Source of the DNA: the human T2T-CHM13v2.0 reference genome, Homo sapiens
Assembly (NCBI RefSeq): GCF_009914755.1
Contig: NC_060937.1
Length of the DNA: 64,000 bases
Direction: 5' to 3' (one strand)
The notes below the pieces were generated by a model. The model was not told where the DNA came from, did no database searches, and was given only the letters and a program-made list of their open reading frames with translations. The translations under genes and the position numbers were made by a program. Shown here piece by piece: positions 1 through 14,070 of the stretch; position 1 is the stretch's first letter; the number at the start of each line of letters is the position of its first letter.

Positions 1-249
1 TGCTGGTAGTCAACATGGCTAGGTCCATGGCAATCGATCATTTGCCCAGCATTTTGCCTGCTGAATTTGGGGGAGTGAAGAGGACATTTTCACCACCCCA
101 GGAAGATAGTAACTAGTGCTCTATGTATGTAGCTCAGAGCCCTTGAATTTTCAAGTGACCTTTTAAAAGTTTCCCCCAGAAAGGTTTGAATAGACTTCCT
201 ATCTATTACTCTAAGTTTAGGTCTAAGAAAATTCCCAAATGGGTTAATA

Positions 250-1222
<973 letters not shown>

Positions 1223-1226
1223 TGTG

Positions 1227-1384
1227 GGCTGAGTGCGGTGGCTCATGCCTGTAATCCCAGCACTTTGGGAGGCCGAGGCAGGCAGATCACCTGAGGTAAG
1301 GAGTTCAAGACTAGCCTGGCCAACATGATGAAACCCTGTCTCTACTAAAAATACAAAAATTAGCCGGGCAAGGTGGCGGGCACC
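1227..1384 (+). mobile_element. AluS, 3'-truncated (left arm, linker, start of right arm)
   Basis: ggctgagtgcggtggctcatgcctgtaatcccagc...tactaaaaatacaaaaattagccggg. Confidence 0.9.
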
Positions 1385-2069
1385 CAATAAAATGACAATA
1401 GAGTTTAAACTCCATGGTTTCTGAGGCATTTTCTGAGTAAATTGGCATACAGCGTATGTACTCTTTCCTCTAGAAGTTCCAGAAACAACACTATTTCTTT
1501 ATGTGCAAAATGGCCTCTTTTGAGCAGCCCTGGGGCAGTTTTGTCTGGCCCTCTTGCAGCCAGGGTGCCCCAGTTTAGTGTACAATTGGTATAAAAATAG
1601 GCAACACAGGAACTTGCTTGTCTCGGGGGAAAAGACGCTTGCAGATTTATAGAAATTTTACATTTGTATGCATGATATTCTGTAGGTTCAAGAAAAAACA
1701 ATTCAATTTCAAGATAACATTCTACAGGGTAAATAAAATTTAATTTCAATAAATTTAAGGGGAAAAGTTGTCCATCTTTCTATACTTTCTGTAACTTTTG
1801 TAGTTTCACCACTAACAAAAAAAAAAAAAAAGAACACAAACAAAATAGCCTTGCTCTGGGTTTTGAGGAAATGGTTTTGCAAGGCTATTTGGTTAGACAA
1901 TGAATTAGAGTCAGAACTTCCGGGATGGGCTTTCGGTAAGGGAAATGCTTAGGCTGCTGCAAAGCCTGGATTCAACTTACACAGGATCCTTGAGAAGTTG
2001 TTCTTCGCATCCAGAACCATGGGCAATGCTCTATGGTATAAAAACCCCGAAGGTAAACACTGTCTGATA

Positions 2070-2765
2070 TATATTTTTTATAATTGCAAAATACACATAA
2101 ACTTACCATCTTGACTGTTTTTAAGTGTGCAGTTACATATTCACATTGTCGCACAGTCTCCAGAGCTCTTTTCATCTTGCAAAACTGAAACTCTGTACCA
2201 TTAAATGACTCTTCATCTCCCTCTCTCCAGCTCAGCCCCTGGAAACCACCATTCTGTTTTCCATCTCTATGAATTTGACTACCCTAGGTACCTTATATAA
2301 ATAGAAGCATAGAGTATTTGTCTTTTTAGTATTGGCTGATTTTACTTAGCATTATATAATGTCCTTAAGGTCCATCCATACTGTAGCAGGTGTCAGAATT
2401 TCCTTCCTTCTTAAGGCTGATTAATATTTAATTGCATGTATACACCACATTTTGTTTATCCATTCTTCTGTCAATGAACATTTGGGTTGCTTCCACAATT
2501 TGACTATTGTGAATAATGCTGCCATGAACGTGGGTTTGCAAATATCTCTTTGAGACCCTGTTTTCAATTTTTTTTTGTTGTTGTATACTCAGAAGTAGAA
2601 TTGCTGGATCAGACGGTAACTTTATTTTTAATTTTTTTGAGGATCTGCCATAATGTTTTCCATGGTGGTTCCACCATTTTACATTCCCACCCACAGTACA
2701 CAGGGGTTCCAGTTTCTCCACATCCTTGCCAACATTTGTTACTTTCATTTTTTTTGGTAGCTGAC
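2070..2765 (-). mobile_element. Old L1 3' end (L1MB-like)
   Basis: Typical antisense L1M 3' sequence (aaaactgaaactctgtacc, ttgactattgtgaataatgctgc, gttccagtttctccacatccttgccaaca). ORF 2428..2748 resembles a decayed L1 ORF2 C-terminus. Confidence 0.85.
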
Positions 2766-3269
2766 TGATAATTATGACTAAATAATATTGTTGAAGAACT
2801 ATTACAATGTCAAGAAATTTTGGCCATCAGTGATAGTCTTATGATTAAACTTAGTAGTATTTTATTATTAAACTTAGTAGCATTTATTAGTAGTAGTTTT
2901 ATTTCAGAAATATTTGCATTTTCCATGTTTCTAGCCCCTCAATTATGTAGGTAGAAACAAATAATATAGAATCAATTTACCTTATGTTACCTTAGAACTG
3001 TGGCCACAGCCTAGTAGGTGCTCAGTTCATTTTTGTTAAATGAATGAATCAATGACCATGAAGACAGTTCAGGTTATTTGTTATGGAGATACGTAATGGG
3101 ATTGGAAAACATGTAGGGTAAATGTATTAGCCCTCTCCTGTGTTAACTCTTTAGCCCTTTCAAAACTAAAGGTATTTGGCCATGTGCGGTGGCTCACGCC
3201 ACCGATCTTAATTTTTTTATTTTAAAAATAGCTTACTTAAAAAATAGCTTTGTTGTATTAAAAAATAGC

Positions 3270-3414
3270 ACCCAGCTAATTTTTGTATTTTCAGTAGAGA
3301 CAGGGTTTCACCATGTTGGCCAGGCTGGTCTTGAACTCCTGGCCTCAGGTGATCCACCCGCCTCAGGCCTCCCATAGTGCTGGGATTAACAGGCGTGAGC
3401 CACCACACCCGGCC
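3270..3414 (-). mobile_element. AluS left arm only
   Basis: cccagctaatttttgtattttcagtagagacagggtttcacc...cacacccggcc. Confidence 0.9.
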
Positions 3415-3767
3415 AGGCTTTTTAACGTAGTAACATAAACATTTTTATTCTCACAATGTCTTTATGGTTTGGGAATGGTGGCTTCCTGTCTTTCAGAGTC
3501 TGGTGTTATTTGTTTTTTTGGTGTGTGCCTTGCAGACACCTGCACTTGAAATCTTTCAGGTGTTTTGCAGTCGTTTTCTCAGATGGCTGGATTATTTCAA
3601 GCCAAGAATAACAGAGTTAGGGTCAAGACTGTGAACCGTATGGTCAGTCCTTCTAAGGAAGTATTTATTTTTATTCATTTTTGTTTGCCTTTCCTTGGGT
3701 CATGGTCCTAATTGCTGTTCCCTTTGGCTGCAGTTATTCAAAACTGAATTTACTGCTGAGCCTAAGA

Positions 3768-3842
3768 CAGTGTTTTTCAAACTTTTAAAATTAAGACACC
3801 CAGTAAGAAATATGTTTTACAGTTTTTTTACATCCTGACCAG

Positions 3843-3894
<52 letters not shown>

Positions 3895-4035
3895 CCTGAA
3901 GTATTTGTTGCAAGTTGCAGATGTTTACAGTTACTGCTAAGGATATGTGTTTCCATTTAATTTACATAAAATACTGTTCATTGAATTGATTTTATGACTC
4001 ACATTATTTCATCATGCAGTTTAACAAATACTGAG
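3768..4035. mobile_element. Possible hAT-Charlie-type MITE containing a (CA)n
   Basis: Ends cagtgtttttcaaact and cagtttaacaaatactg resemble inverted termini; family not confidently named. Confidence 0.45.
3847..3891. repeat. (CA)~22 microsatellite
   Basis: Directly visible. Confidence 0.97.
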
Positions 4036-5619
4036 CACTGGTGTCACAGAACTTTGTCGTTCATGCTCTTTAGCAACAGTCAGCTTTTCTGCTCATGACT
4101 GATGGCCTATTGCTATGATTCTGTTAGCGCTTTAAAGCAATTTGATTGTCAAAGTCATGTTAGCTCTGGTTGTGTATTCAGTTATTCAGTTTCACCTTTA
4201 CAGGCAGCTGCTCCTTGGGAAATGGGGCTTGCTGAGCAGGTTGAATGTTCCATAGAATCAGATCTATACTTTGGGGAACTCAGCAGTATGGGAATCACAA
4301 GCCAACCCACCCTATCCGTTAAAGGGCTCAGGCCCATTGGTCTCCATTGTCACTTAGACTAGCACAACATCACCTACCTCATGGATGCTTTGAGGGCAGG
4401 GCCGGTTTTGTTTTTCTTTTTATTCCTCAGAGCCCGCAGCATGATTCCTTGTGTGGAGAATATGCATCAGCCTTGGCTCTGGTCCTCTCTTCACTGTCCC
4501 TCTTCTCCTCCCTACAGAAAACAGCAAAGCATGTACAGAAAGAGATGTGCAGACTGTGTGGAATGACCTGAGGGGTAACTTGCTTAGAGGGTAGAGACTG
4601 TTGTGTGTAAAAACTTATGTTTGAGGCAAATTGCAGGAAAAAGTTCTTTAAATGAAGGAAAGATAAGATTATAAGTTTTTTAAAAAGTTGTCTTAATGAA
4701 TAGAGGAGAATGACTAGTCATTATTTCATAGATCATAGGTACATAGGTGATTTTAAAGGTTGAGTGACTGGTCCCTTGAGGTTAGTTCAATGTCCTCTTG
4801 TAATCTGAATTTTTTCATCAAATTCTTTTAAATCCAGGTGGGGCTCAGCTCCCTCTGAAGTATCACAAAACCCTAAATGAATTAGGTTAATAAGACTAAT
4901 TATATTTCCATAGCAATGTTTAAGTGGCCTGCTGCCCAATCACCTTCCAAGCCCTGCTCTGTTGGGTTTCTTTTTACCCAGTCATGATCACGTAGGACCA
5001 GGCTGTTTTTCGTAGGGGGTTATGGAGTCGCAATGCCTGGGGTGTTAGGAATATAGGCTGGGCTTGTATCATAGTACCCACGCCGCTGCCTAACTCTTGA
5101 TATCCAGTGACTGAGTTGGACTTTGTAGCTGCTTTCTCTTTATTAGGAGAAAAGAGCTTGTTTAATAAACCTAAGAATTAATAGCCTGTGTTCAGTAGTT
5201 GGATTTGTAACCTGAATGTTTTTATGTCTACTGACTTGCAACGTTGTCATATAAATTAAAGATCATAGATCCAGCTATGGTTTAAAGGTGACTTCCAGGA
5301 CATGGATTTGAAAGATCAGAATTTGAATCTCATCTCTTTCCATTCTAGCTTGGTAACCTTGAGGAAACCACTTAACTTCTCTAAGCCTCAAAGGTGTCAA
5401 GTAGATTAATGCAACTATGTATAGCTGACCCTGAGGAATTTTTGGTTCCGCTAGAATAAAGCTTGAATTTTTGGACATTAGAAGGATCTTTGAAGATGAT
5501 GTAGCTTCGTTGTGTAACTGAAGACCAGAGAAATTTAAGTGAGTTTCCTGGAATAGTTTATGCCTCTGCTTCCTGTGTCATGATTACCACCCAGAACACG
5601 TGCTTAATTGGGGACAGGT

Positions 5620-5870
5620 AATCCATTCAGGGTGAAGAACATGGCTTTTGGGTCAGTCTGCAGTGGATCTAAATCAGCCCCCTGCTGTTTACTGTGTCTG
5701 TAGTCTAGAAAAAGCTATTTAACTTCTTGCAGATTTAGCCTAACTATGAAATTAAATTGGGGATTTAAAAAAACTCATAGGGACGTGGTGAGGCTTGACT
5801 GAGATAAATTTATGCAAAGCTCTTAGCACAATGGCTAGTACCCAGAAAGTGCTCAACATTATTATTATTT
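5620..5870. mobile_element. MIR
   Basis: aagaacatggcttttgggtcag...gcaaagctcttagcacaatggctagtacccagaaagtgctcaa resembles the MIR core. Confidence 0.65.
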
Positions 5871-5908
5871 CCTAATTGAAGGGCATTGATGATTTAAAAT
5901 AAAATGGA

Positions 5909-6252
5909 GGCTGGGTACAGGCTCATGTCTGTAATCCCTACACTTTGGGAGGCCGAGTTGGGTGGAACACTTGAGCCCAGGACTTTGAGACTAGATTGGG
6001 CAACATGGTAAAACTCCATCTCTATAAAAAATACACAAATTAGCTGACTGCGGTGGTGCCTGTAGCCCCAGCTACTGAAGAGGCTGAGGTGGGAGGATGG
6101 ATTGAGCCCCGGAGGTCAGTGCTGCAGTGAACCATGATTGTGCCACTGTGCTCCAGCCTGGGCAACAGAGCAAGACCCGGTCAACAAATACATACATGCA
6201 TACATGCATGCATGCATGCATACATACATACATACATACATACATACATACA
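5909..6252 (+). mobile_element. AluJ with (TACA)n/(TGCA)n microsatellite tail
   Basis: AluJ diagnostics ttgagcccagg and ggaggatggattgagccc; tail 6188-6252. Confidence 0.92.
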
Positions 6253-6580
6253 TGTAAATAATTAAATAACTCATTTCTTGTCAGATAAATGGCTGTATCT
6301 TTATAATAAGATATCTGTATCCTGTGACTTCATCCTGTAAATAATTTTGTGCCTCTTGTGCTTTCTATGATCTAGGGAGGAGAAAGCTAATTCTTCTTCA
6401 TTTTATGCACGGAGCAGAGACACGGAGAGCCTCTAATTTATTTCTTCTTGGTGTGGCCCTGTTTTCTGAGCATGGGTGTGTCTGATCCCTGGGGAGAGCA
6501 GAGCCACACTGTGGATCTGAGGTGCTGGGAAGCCATCCAGTTTCCTCCTCCTGACCCTGACTCAAGTCTTCCCTGAAATC

Positions 6581-6630
6581 TCTGTCAGCCCCATTCTCTT
6601 TCTGTCAGCCCCATTCTCTTTCTGTCAGCC
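6581..6630. repeat. Perfect 20-bp tandem repeat, 2.5 copies
   Basis: tctgtcagccccattctctt x2 plus tctgtcagcc. Confidence 0.95.
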
Positions 6631-6932
6631 GCCCTCCTTACATAACCCAAATGGGTTGTTTGCAAAGCTAGTGTCGCTGAGGTGTTCTGTGTACAACAGA
6701 AAAGAATCTAGGGAGGATTCCTATGTGTCACTAAAGCCAGTAATTAAGTGGACAACAGGGGGAGCTAACACTGAATGCACCAATAAATTTCAAGACTCCT
6801 GCTACCCTAGGTAACCGAGTCAATAGTATTAGAAACCATTTTAAGCATTGGTAGTTTTAAACATGCTGTTTAAAAACAATTTTAAATTTACCTTCACTTT
6901 TCTAATTGGATACTTTACTATTCAGAGTACTA

Positions 6933-7204
6933 TGAGATGAGGGTCTCGCTTTGGAGTGCAGGGGACTGATCTTGGCTTACTGCAGCCTCAATCTCCTGGG
7001 CTCAAGCGATCCTCCCACCTCAGCCTCCTGAGTAGCTGAGACTATAGGCTCGTGCCACCATAGCTGGCTAATTTTTAATTTTTTTGTAGAGATGGGGTCT
7101 CACTATGTTGCCCAGGCTGGTCTTGAACTCCTGGCCTCAAGCAATCCTCCTGCCTTGGCCTTCTAAAATGTTGGCATTATAGGCGTGAGCCACCATGCCC
7201 GGCC
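6933..7204 (-). mobile_element. AluJ
   Basis: ctcctgggctcaagcgatcctcccacctcagcc...ccatgcccggcc. Confidence 0.92.
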
Positions 7205-7324
7205 AAACTTCTTTTGAAATTAGCTTGTTGATTCTTCCTCACCTCCCAGTTGTTTTTGTGCCAGAATTAATTTTTCTCCTTGTATTATAGAATAGTTTGG
7301 AGGAGTATTGAAAGAATTAGGGGG

Positions 7325-7513
7325 TAGAGTTGCCAGATGTAGCAAATAAAAATACAAGACACCCAGTTAAATGTGAATTTCATATAAATAACTACTTTTT
7401 TTTTGCTATACATATGTCCCATGCAATATTTGAGACATACTTATACTAAAAGATTGTTAATTATCTGAAATTCAGATCTAACTGGGCATCCTGTATTTTA
7501 TCTGGCAACCCTA
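7325..7513. mobile_element. MER53 palindromic MITE, full length
   Basis: Termini tagagttgccagat and atctggcaacccta; internal inverted symmetry (cacccagtta / taactgggc, tatgtccc / gagacatac). Confidence 0.88.
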
Positions 7514-8755
7514 ACTGGGGTGGGGATGGTGAGGAGGGCCTTGGATGTGGCCAGAGGAGAGGTGTCAGAGCCTCAGGTGTCTTCTTGTGGGTGACCGAGG
7601 TGGCTGCAGCACAGTAGCCTTGCTCCCTGGGTCTGGGGCCTGTGCCTTCTCCCTGTAGTCACTTAGAATAGGATGATGGGGGTGGCTCAAGGCAGTGGAA
7701 TAAATTAATTCTGAAGGAACACACTGGGCCAGAGTCCTAGAACAGTTTACTTAATGATAGTGTTATTTTAATTTTCAATTGTTTGCCTTTCTTCCCTGTG
7801 ATACGGAATAAACATGAAATTGTATCTGGAGCGGAGCAGGCAGAACTTACATCTTGTTGGTCTTGTTCTGCCCTCAGCCTCTGATGTTCTACAAGGTTTA
7901 TCCTTTTGTTTCTTTTTTTATTATCCAAGGAATGAGATATGCCAGAAAAATGTGACAGGTATTTATGAAATGCTTTGAACTAGGTGAGCTTAGAGCATAA
8001 GTAATTTTAGGTCATTTATCTCATCACAACACTATCTACAGAGTTTTAACCCTTATCATAAGGAACAGACCATGATGACACTGACATTATCAACATAACG
8101 ACACACATGCTTTTCTATTCCTAATGCTTTGGTGAGAGAAACTGGGGCATCGGAGAATGTTCTCAGCCATATTTTTGATATGGCCTAAGGTATAATGAAC
8201 AAAAGCTTAGATGAGAAAAGTCCATCTGATTGATGCCTGGCTAATTGACAGCCAATTATGTCATGGTGCCAGTTCTTAAAGAAATTGACCCATTAATCCC
8301 TTTGTGTGGAGAGGCCAGCCAGCAGGCATCTGCTTTCTTAGCATGCAGCAGTACTGAAAAGTTTATTGAAATAATCGTCACCTGTCCTTTCCAAATCTTA
8401 ATTCTTCTGAGTTTAAACATGTTTTCTCTAAGGAAAGTCGGATTGACATGAAATCACACATGTCTGGAATTATCTCTGAGTCCTTTATAAACAGACCAAG
8501 ACTTGGAAGGGCACACCTTAGGTTACAGAGTGTTTTCCTGGGCTGGGCTCCAAAGCTTCCTGACTATTGAACAATAATGTGTTCTTTCCATGCTACTTTA
8601 TATATTTATTTTACAGAAGCCTTGTGCCTTTTATCCGTTCATATCCACTTTGAAAACTTACTTGTGGCCTGCCAGAGCAGAGGTACAAAAAATTCCGGAT
8701 TATTTTCTGTTTAGAGGCCCCACACAATACAGTATATGTGCTGAAGATGAGGGCA

Positions 8756-8785
8756 CTCCTCCTCCTCCTCCTCCTCCTCCTCCTT
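8756..8785. repeat. (CCT)n microsatellite
   Basis: Directly visible. Confidence 0.9.
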
Positions 8786-9139
8786 CCTATCCTACCCCTT
8801 CCTCCACCTCATTTTTCTTCTTCTTTTTTAAAAATAATCATAAGCATGTGTTTTCTTCTCATGTGCTTGTAAATATTTTTGTTGGGGATTCTTGACTGGG
8901 ATTTCAGAATATCCTGATAGGGAGAAGTTGGGTATTTCTTCATGAGATAAATTCCTTAAGGAGAGATTTGAATAGTTTTGACCTTTGGGTTTTCTTTTCT
9001 CTTTCAGTTTTCTTTCTAAAAAATGTTACATTTCTTGGTTATGAGATAAAAACAAACCTATAATTTGTGATAATGGGTGAAAATGTGATTAGAATTCACA
9101 TTCTAGGTTTAATAATGACAGACTACTTATGAAAGATAA

Positions 9140-9300
9140 GATGTCAGAGCTGGAAGGCTTCTTAGATATTGTCGGGTTCAATATTCTTTTCTCATTAGAG
9201 GAAATGGAGACTCAGAGACATGAAGTGACTTCTCCAAGGTCACACAGTAAGTGAGTGATGAAGCTGGGAGTAGGACCTCTTTTGCCTGACTCCAAACACA
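9140..9300. mobile_element. MIR
   Basis: gaggaaatggagactcagaga...gtgacttctccaaggtcacacag. Confidence 0.75.
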
Positions 9301-9394
9301 GCTTTCCCCAACTATTGAGGAAAAGGACTCAGGACAATTTAACATTTCAAGTCATTGAAATATCCTTTAAATGCTCAAACTCTAATTTTAACCT

Positions 9395-9395
<1 letters not shown>

Positions 9396-9425
<30 letters not shown>
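9396..9425. repeat. (TG)~15 microsatellite
   Basis: Directly visible. Confidence 0.95.
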
Positions 9426-9428
<3 letters not shown>

Positions 9429-9806
9429 AGTCGTTCTAAAGTACTTAACCTTCTGAAATCTTATTTTGACCATGTAGAACACAGTTCGACCTTTTTTCAA
9501 TCTCATCATTATCAACACTGTTTTGTGAACATGGGTCATTGTGGTTTTAATTCATGGGTGCCCTTGGGCTATTCTGAGTCTATAGGACTTGCCCTTAGTT
9601 ACATTAACACTCCCACATGACAAAACTCATGAGTGCATGGGGAACTTTTTGATATCCTTCCTCATTGTCAGTTGTCACTTTTTGCTACTTTCAGAGGTGA
9701 TATTTATAGCATTTCCCCCCTTCTGTGTTGTTCCTACCCACAGGATTTTAACTTACAGAGATGACTGAATGATGACACAGAGGGGACAAGTCCATTGAAA
9801 TAAGTC

Positions 9807-10112
9807 TTGTTTTGTTTTGTTTTGTTTTGTTTTTTGGGACAGGGTCTCACTCTGTCGCCCATGCTGGAGTACAGTGGCACAATCTCAGCTCACTGTAGCC
9901 TTTGTCTCCCAGGTTCAAGCTATTCTCCCGCCTCAGCCTCCTGAGTAGTTGGACTTACAGGCGTGGGCCACTACGCTCGGCCAATTTTTGTATTTTTAGT
10001 AGAGATGGGGTTTCACCATGTTGGCCAGGCTGGTCTCGAACTCCTGACCTCAAGTGATCCTCCTGCCTCGGCTGGTGTGCTAGGATTACAGGTGTGAGCC
10101 ACAGCACCTGGC
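9807..10112 (-). mobile_element. AluS with (TTTTG)n tail
   Basis: Reverse Alu, ctcctgacctcaagtgatcc. Confidence 0.93.
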
Positions 10113-10124
10113 AGAAAGAAATTT

Positions 10125-10420
10125 TTTTTTATTACTCACATTTCCTAAGAGAAGAGGGCATTCCATGCCACACAGGGCCAGGAGGAGAAGCACCTATTTG
10201 GGTGAAGAGGAAGAGATGGGAGTCAGGGGAAAGCCGAGGCCAGAGCCTTTACTGGGTTTTTATGGAAAAGGCAAGGCAGACTGGAGGAATCAGCTTGGGG
10301 TTGGCTAGGCGCTGGGATGGTCTTTAGTTGTCAGTTCCTGGCCCTGAGAGATTTAGGGCAGGGGAAATGTGGGCTGGGTAACTGAGAGTTAGATAAGGAG
10401 GTGGCTCAGCTAGATCACAG
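10125..10420. mobile_element. Possible ancient ERVL-type LTR fragment
   Basis: ttttattactcac...gccacacagggcc...agagcctttactggg...cctggccctg resembles old ERVL LTRs; family uncertain. Confidence 0.35.
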
Positions 10421-10821
10421 AGGAGATGGAAACTACTTGGCTGTTAACTTGCCCTGTAATTGATGGATACCAAATAGCCAAATACAGATTCGGAGAAAAT
10501 GCAGGACAACTTCCCAGGCTTACTTTGCTGCCATTCATTTTGTGGTGAACCAAAAAACCACTTACACAAACCTGTTGGAAGGGGTCTCTTTTGTGAGTAC
10601 TGTCAAAGAGAGCTATCTAGAAGAGACCTTTTTTTGTGAGTGGTGAGGTTTAGGCTGAATTTTTATTTTGTTTTGGTGCTTTTCTGTAATTTGGGATTAT
10701 TAAAAACAAAGACTAGACCTTTTTATAGATAGAAACAAGGCTCTTTTATTTGGAAATACCATGTGCATAAATGATGAATAAATAGAGTCAGTGAGGACCT
10801 TCTTGCCCTCATGATTCATTG

Positions 10822-10932
10822 TTCTTCTCCTTCTCCTTTTTCTCCTTCTCCTTCTCCTTCTCTTTCTCCCCTTCCTCCTCTTCCTTCTTCTTCTTTTTTT
10901 TTTTTTAATATGAGACACAGTCTCGCTCTGTT
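10822..10932 (-). repeat. (CTTCTC)n pyrimidine tract, probably the decayed tail of a ~25-bp Alu 3' remnant
   Basis: CT-only tract and poly-T followed by tgagacacagtctcgctctgtt. Confidence 0.8.
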
Positions 10933-13724
10933 AAACACTTGTATTAGTTTCATTGAAAGTGTAATATAAAATCTGAGGATCTCAGACATCTTAGGAAGAT
11001 GACTGTCATTTATTATCTATTAACCAGGTGAGCAACTTCCTGGCGAGTGAGGGGTGCGGCAGGGAAGGGTGGAGACGCAAAGGCACAGTTCCCTTTGTAA
11101 TGGAGAGCTTCAGCTCCTGGGAAGGATCTGCAATGCTTAGTGGGGCTGTTCATCTCTAATATAGTTAATAATTACTGATTTGTATGAAGCAGAACTGAGG
11201 GCAGGGAGGGATGTGGGAAGGCCACAGGAGATATGAGTTTGCAGCCAGAGTTTACCGGTGATGAATCACCTTCTGATCAAAGCAGGAGGCTGGGACCTGT
11301 GGGGGATGCACTTCGACCCTGGGGTGTGACCCAGGAAGTCAGTGATTTGTGAAGGGCATCATAGGTCACAGATGCCTTTCCAAAGTTACCAGAACTTGGG
11401 ATCCAATTTATTTCTCTTAGTCCAGGCTCAGGTTTGATTCCCAATCCCTTGCATTCACACGAGTCACAGGGCAGAAAAGTGCAGACGTGTTCTTGTGCGA
11501 CCTCCAGATGTGGTGTGGAGATGGAAGATGGTACTCTCATCATTAGAGCTGATTTGCTTTGGAATTAAAGAGAGACATACGCACTGTGTTTCTGTGGCCC
11601 ATCATAGTTTCCACTGATGGTGCCATGTGTCATTTGGGGTAACATTGACTTGTATTTCCACTCAGTGTGAGGAAAGGACCATAAGACAGAATTGGAGTAA
11701 TTTCTGGAAAAAAGAAGTAAATGCTTAGTAGAGTGTCATACAGTCTTTTAATAACAAGTATTTGATAAACATGATTTTGTTATCCATCCTTCTGCAGGAA
11801 AAGAAGCCAAGTTAATTTTCCTGAGTTTACAGATTGGAGGGTTTTTAGTATAACCTGTGCCTTTTTCCTTCACCCTGTTTCCTCTTTTACTACTACAGTA
11901 AAGAGGGTGAAATTTAGTTGCAAAAGGATACCATTGAAATTTAGTTACTTTTGCTCGTCTCTTGCTAAAAGAGTTAATAATGTGCAGTCTTTAACTTGGA
12001 CTGATTTTGGTATAATGTAGTGGGTTTCTAAAAATAGATTTCTTTTTCATGTAATTGACAATTAACTCCATAAGTTACTTTACAGAAATTTAAGTTTCTC
12101 TAGAAATTACTGCAGTACACATTGCATGCATTCTCCTTAAAGAAAATTGACAGAACAAAATTTCATCCTCTGTTAGGAACTTGCTTTTCCCTCACTTGCT
12201 CATCTCATGAGGGGAAGCATGTATTATATCATGTAATTGACCTCCCGAGCTGTATGGCACCCTTGAGTGAACCAGGTACAAGCAGCCTCCACCCAGGCAT
12301 TTTCTTAATGTCCACAAAGGCTCGCTGACTTCAAGTTAGCTATTTGTGTCCTTTAACTTGTTGCCACAATTTAAAACCAGGTGAGCATTTTCTGCACAGA
12401 GTGGTCATAAGCAGTGTCTGTTCTGCTGTGCTCGGCCTCTTTGTCACCTGTTCCATATTTGGGCATGAAGCACTAGGCCCATATGCCTTCACCATTTTGC
12501 AATGTTGTTCTGGGACAGAGTTATAGGGTTTTTGCCTTGAACAAAGCATCTACATTCTTCATTCTTAGGGAGTGACAGTTCCATTGCCAATATGTGGATA
12601 TCAGTTTTCTTCAAGCTTGTGTACCACTCGTATCCACTGCTGTTCAGTTGCATAATCTCTAAGATTAAAAACTACATTTTGGTAATGCTGGCAACGAGGG
12701 CACAAGGAAATAAATTGTCTGTTTTTATAAACATGTAGCTACTGATATTTTTTTTTGAAGGTGAAAGCTTTATTTAAAGGAAGGTCTCATAGAGAGTTTT
12801 AAAATTTTAGAATGAAAAAAGGTCTTAAATTTATTAACCAAATAGTAAACTAATTCATTCAACCAAAAGACTTACTGAACACTCCCTGAGTGAAGGTGTG
12901 TGTGTTAGGAAATGTGCTTACTGGGTGAACACAACAGAGGTGTTCCCCACCTCATGATACCCACAGTCTAGGGAGTGACAGGCAATAATTAAGTAATTTT
13001 TAAAAATTTATAGCTGTAAAGTAAAGCAAACTATGGCACGTCCATGAAAGAGAGGTTAGAGCCTATGAGCGGGGAGGCGGGGACCAGATGGAGCCTGGGC
13101 TCAGGGGCTGCCAGACACACACAGCTGCCTACGGGCAGGAAGGGGCCCCATTGGAAGCGTTAAACAAGTGTCTGTATAGAAGGAAGGCATGTGAATAAAG
13201 AAAAAAAGATTGACCTTTGTGAGTTGTGACATCCAAGGTGTCCAGGAACTAGTTTCTCCACTTTCTTTTTCTCCTTTTTGTCATGGCCGGCAGTTGGGCC
13301 CTTGTACTGTTCATCAGCTTCACCATCAAAATCAAATGAAAAGAAAGAGAAGGGAATGGAATGCTCACTTTCTAGACCTTACTTTAAATTCTGTTGAAGA
13401 TTTATTAATATTTGGGAGAGAGTTTGAAATGATAATCCAAAAGATGTCTCCCTTTGAACATATGTAGAAGTTAATCATTTAGATTAACTTGCATTTAAAC
13501 ACATAATTGTATGTGATCGTATACATTTTTTGGCTCACTGTTTTGTGTTCAAAGGCAGATTTCCTAGGGTAGTGCTGATTTATTCTACTTCTTTTAGGCT
13601 GTGTAATTCACCTTTTTTCTAATTTGGGGAAAATTGTGGTCACTATAGTTATATATTTTTTATTTAAAAACTTGTAATATTTTATTAAGTTATCTACCCA
13701 AATCTTCCTCCTGAAAGATAATAT

Positions 13725-14070
13725 CTTTTTTTCCTTTTTTTTTTTTTAATTTCAGTAGGTTTTTGGGGAATAGGTGTCCTCATAGCTTAGCTCCCACTTA
13801 GGAGTGAGAATATAGGATGTTTGGTTTTTCATTCCTGAGTTACTTCACTTAGAACAATGGTCTCCAGTTCCATCTAGGTTGCTGTGAATGCCATTATTTC
13901 ATTCCTTTATATAGCTGAGTAGTATTCCATTATCTATCTCTGTATATGTATATATCACAACTTCTTTATCCACTTGTTGACTGATAGGCATTTGTGCTGG
14001 TTCCATATTTTTGCAGTTGTGAATTGTGCAGCTATAAACATGTGATAACACAGTATCTTTTCAGATATGT
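13725..14070 (-). mobile_element. L1PB-like 3' UTR fragment
   Basis: agcttagctcccacttaggagtgagaa...ttcctgagttacttcacttagaa. Confidence 0.8.

Noticed and set aside
2428-2748. L1 ORF2-like peptide
   Set aside because: Decayed fragment of an old L1M element.
8060-8110. Box C-like ATGATGA motifs here and elsewhere (possible intronic snoRNA)
   Set aside because: No suitably spaced D box with a terminal stem was found.
10700-10918. Protamine-like poly-Arg/Lys ORF
   Set aside because: Translation of a (CTTCTC)n and poly-T tract.
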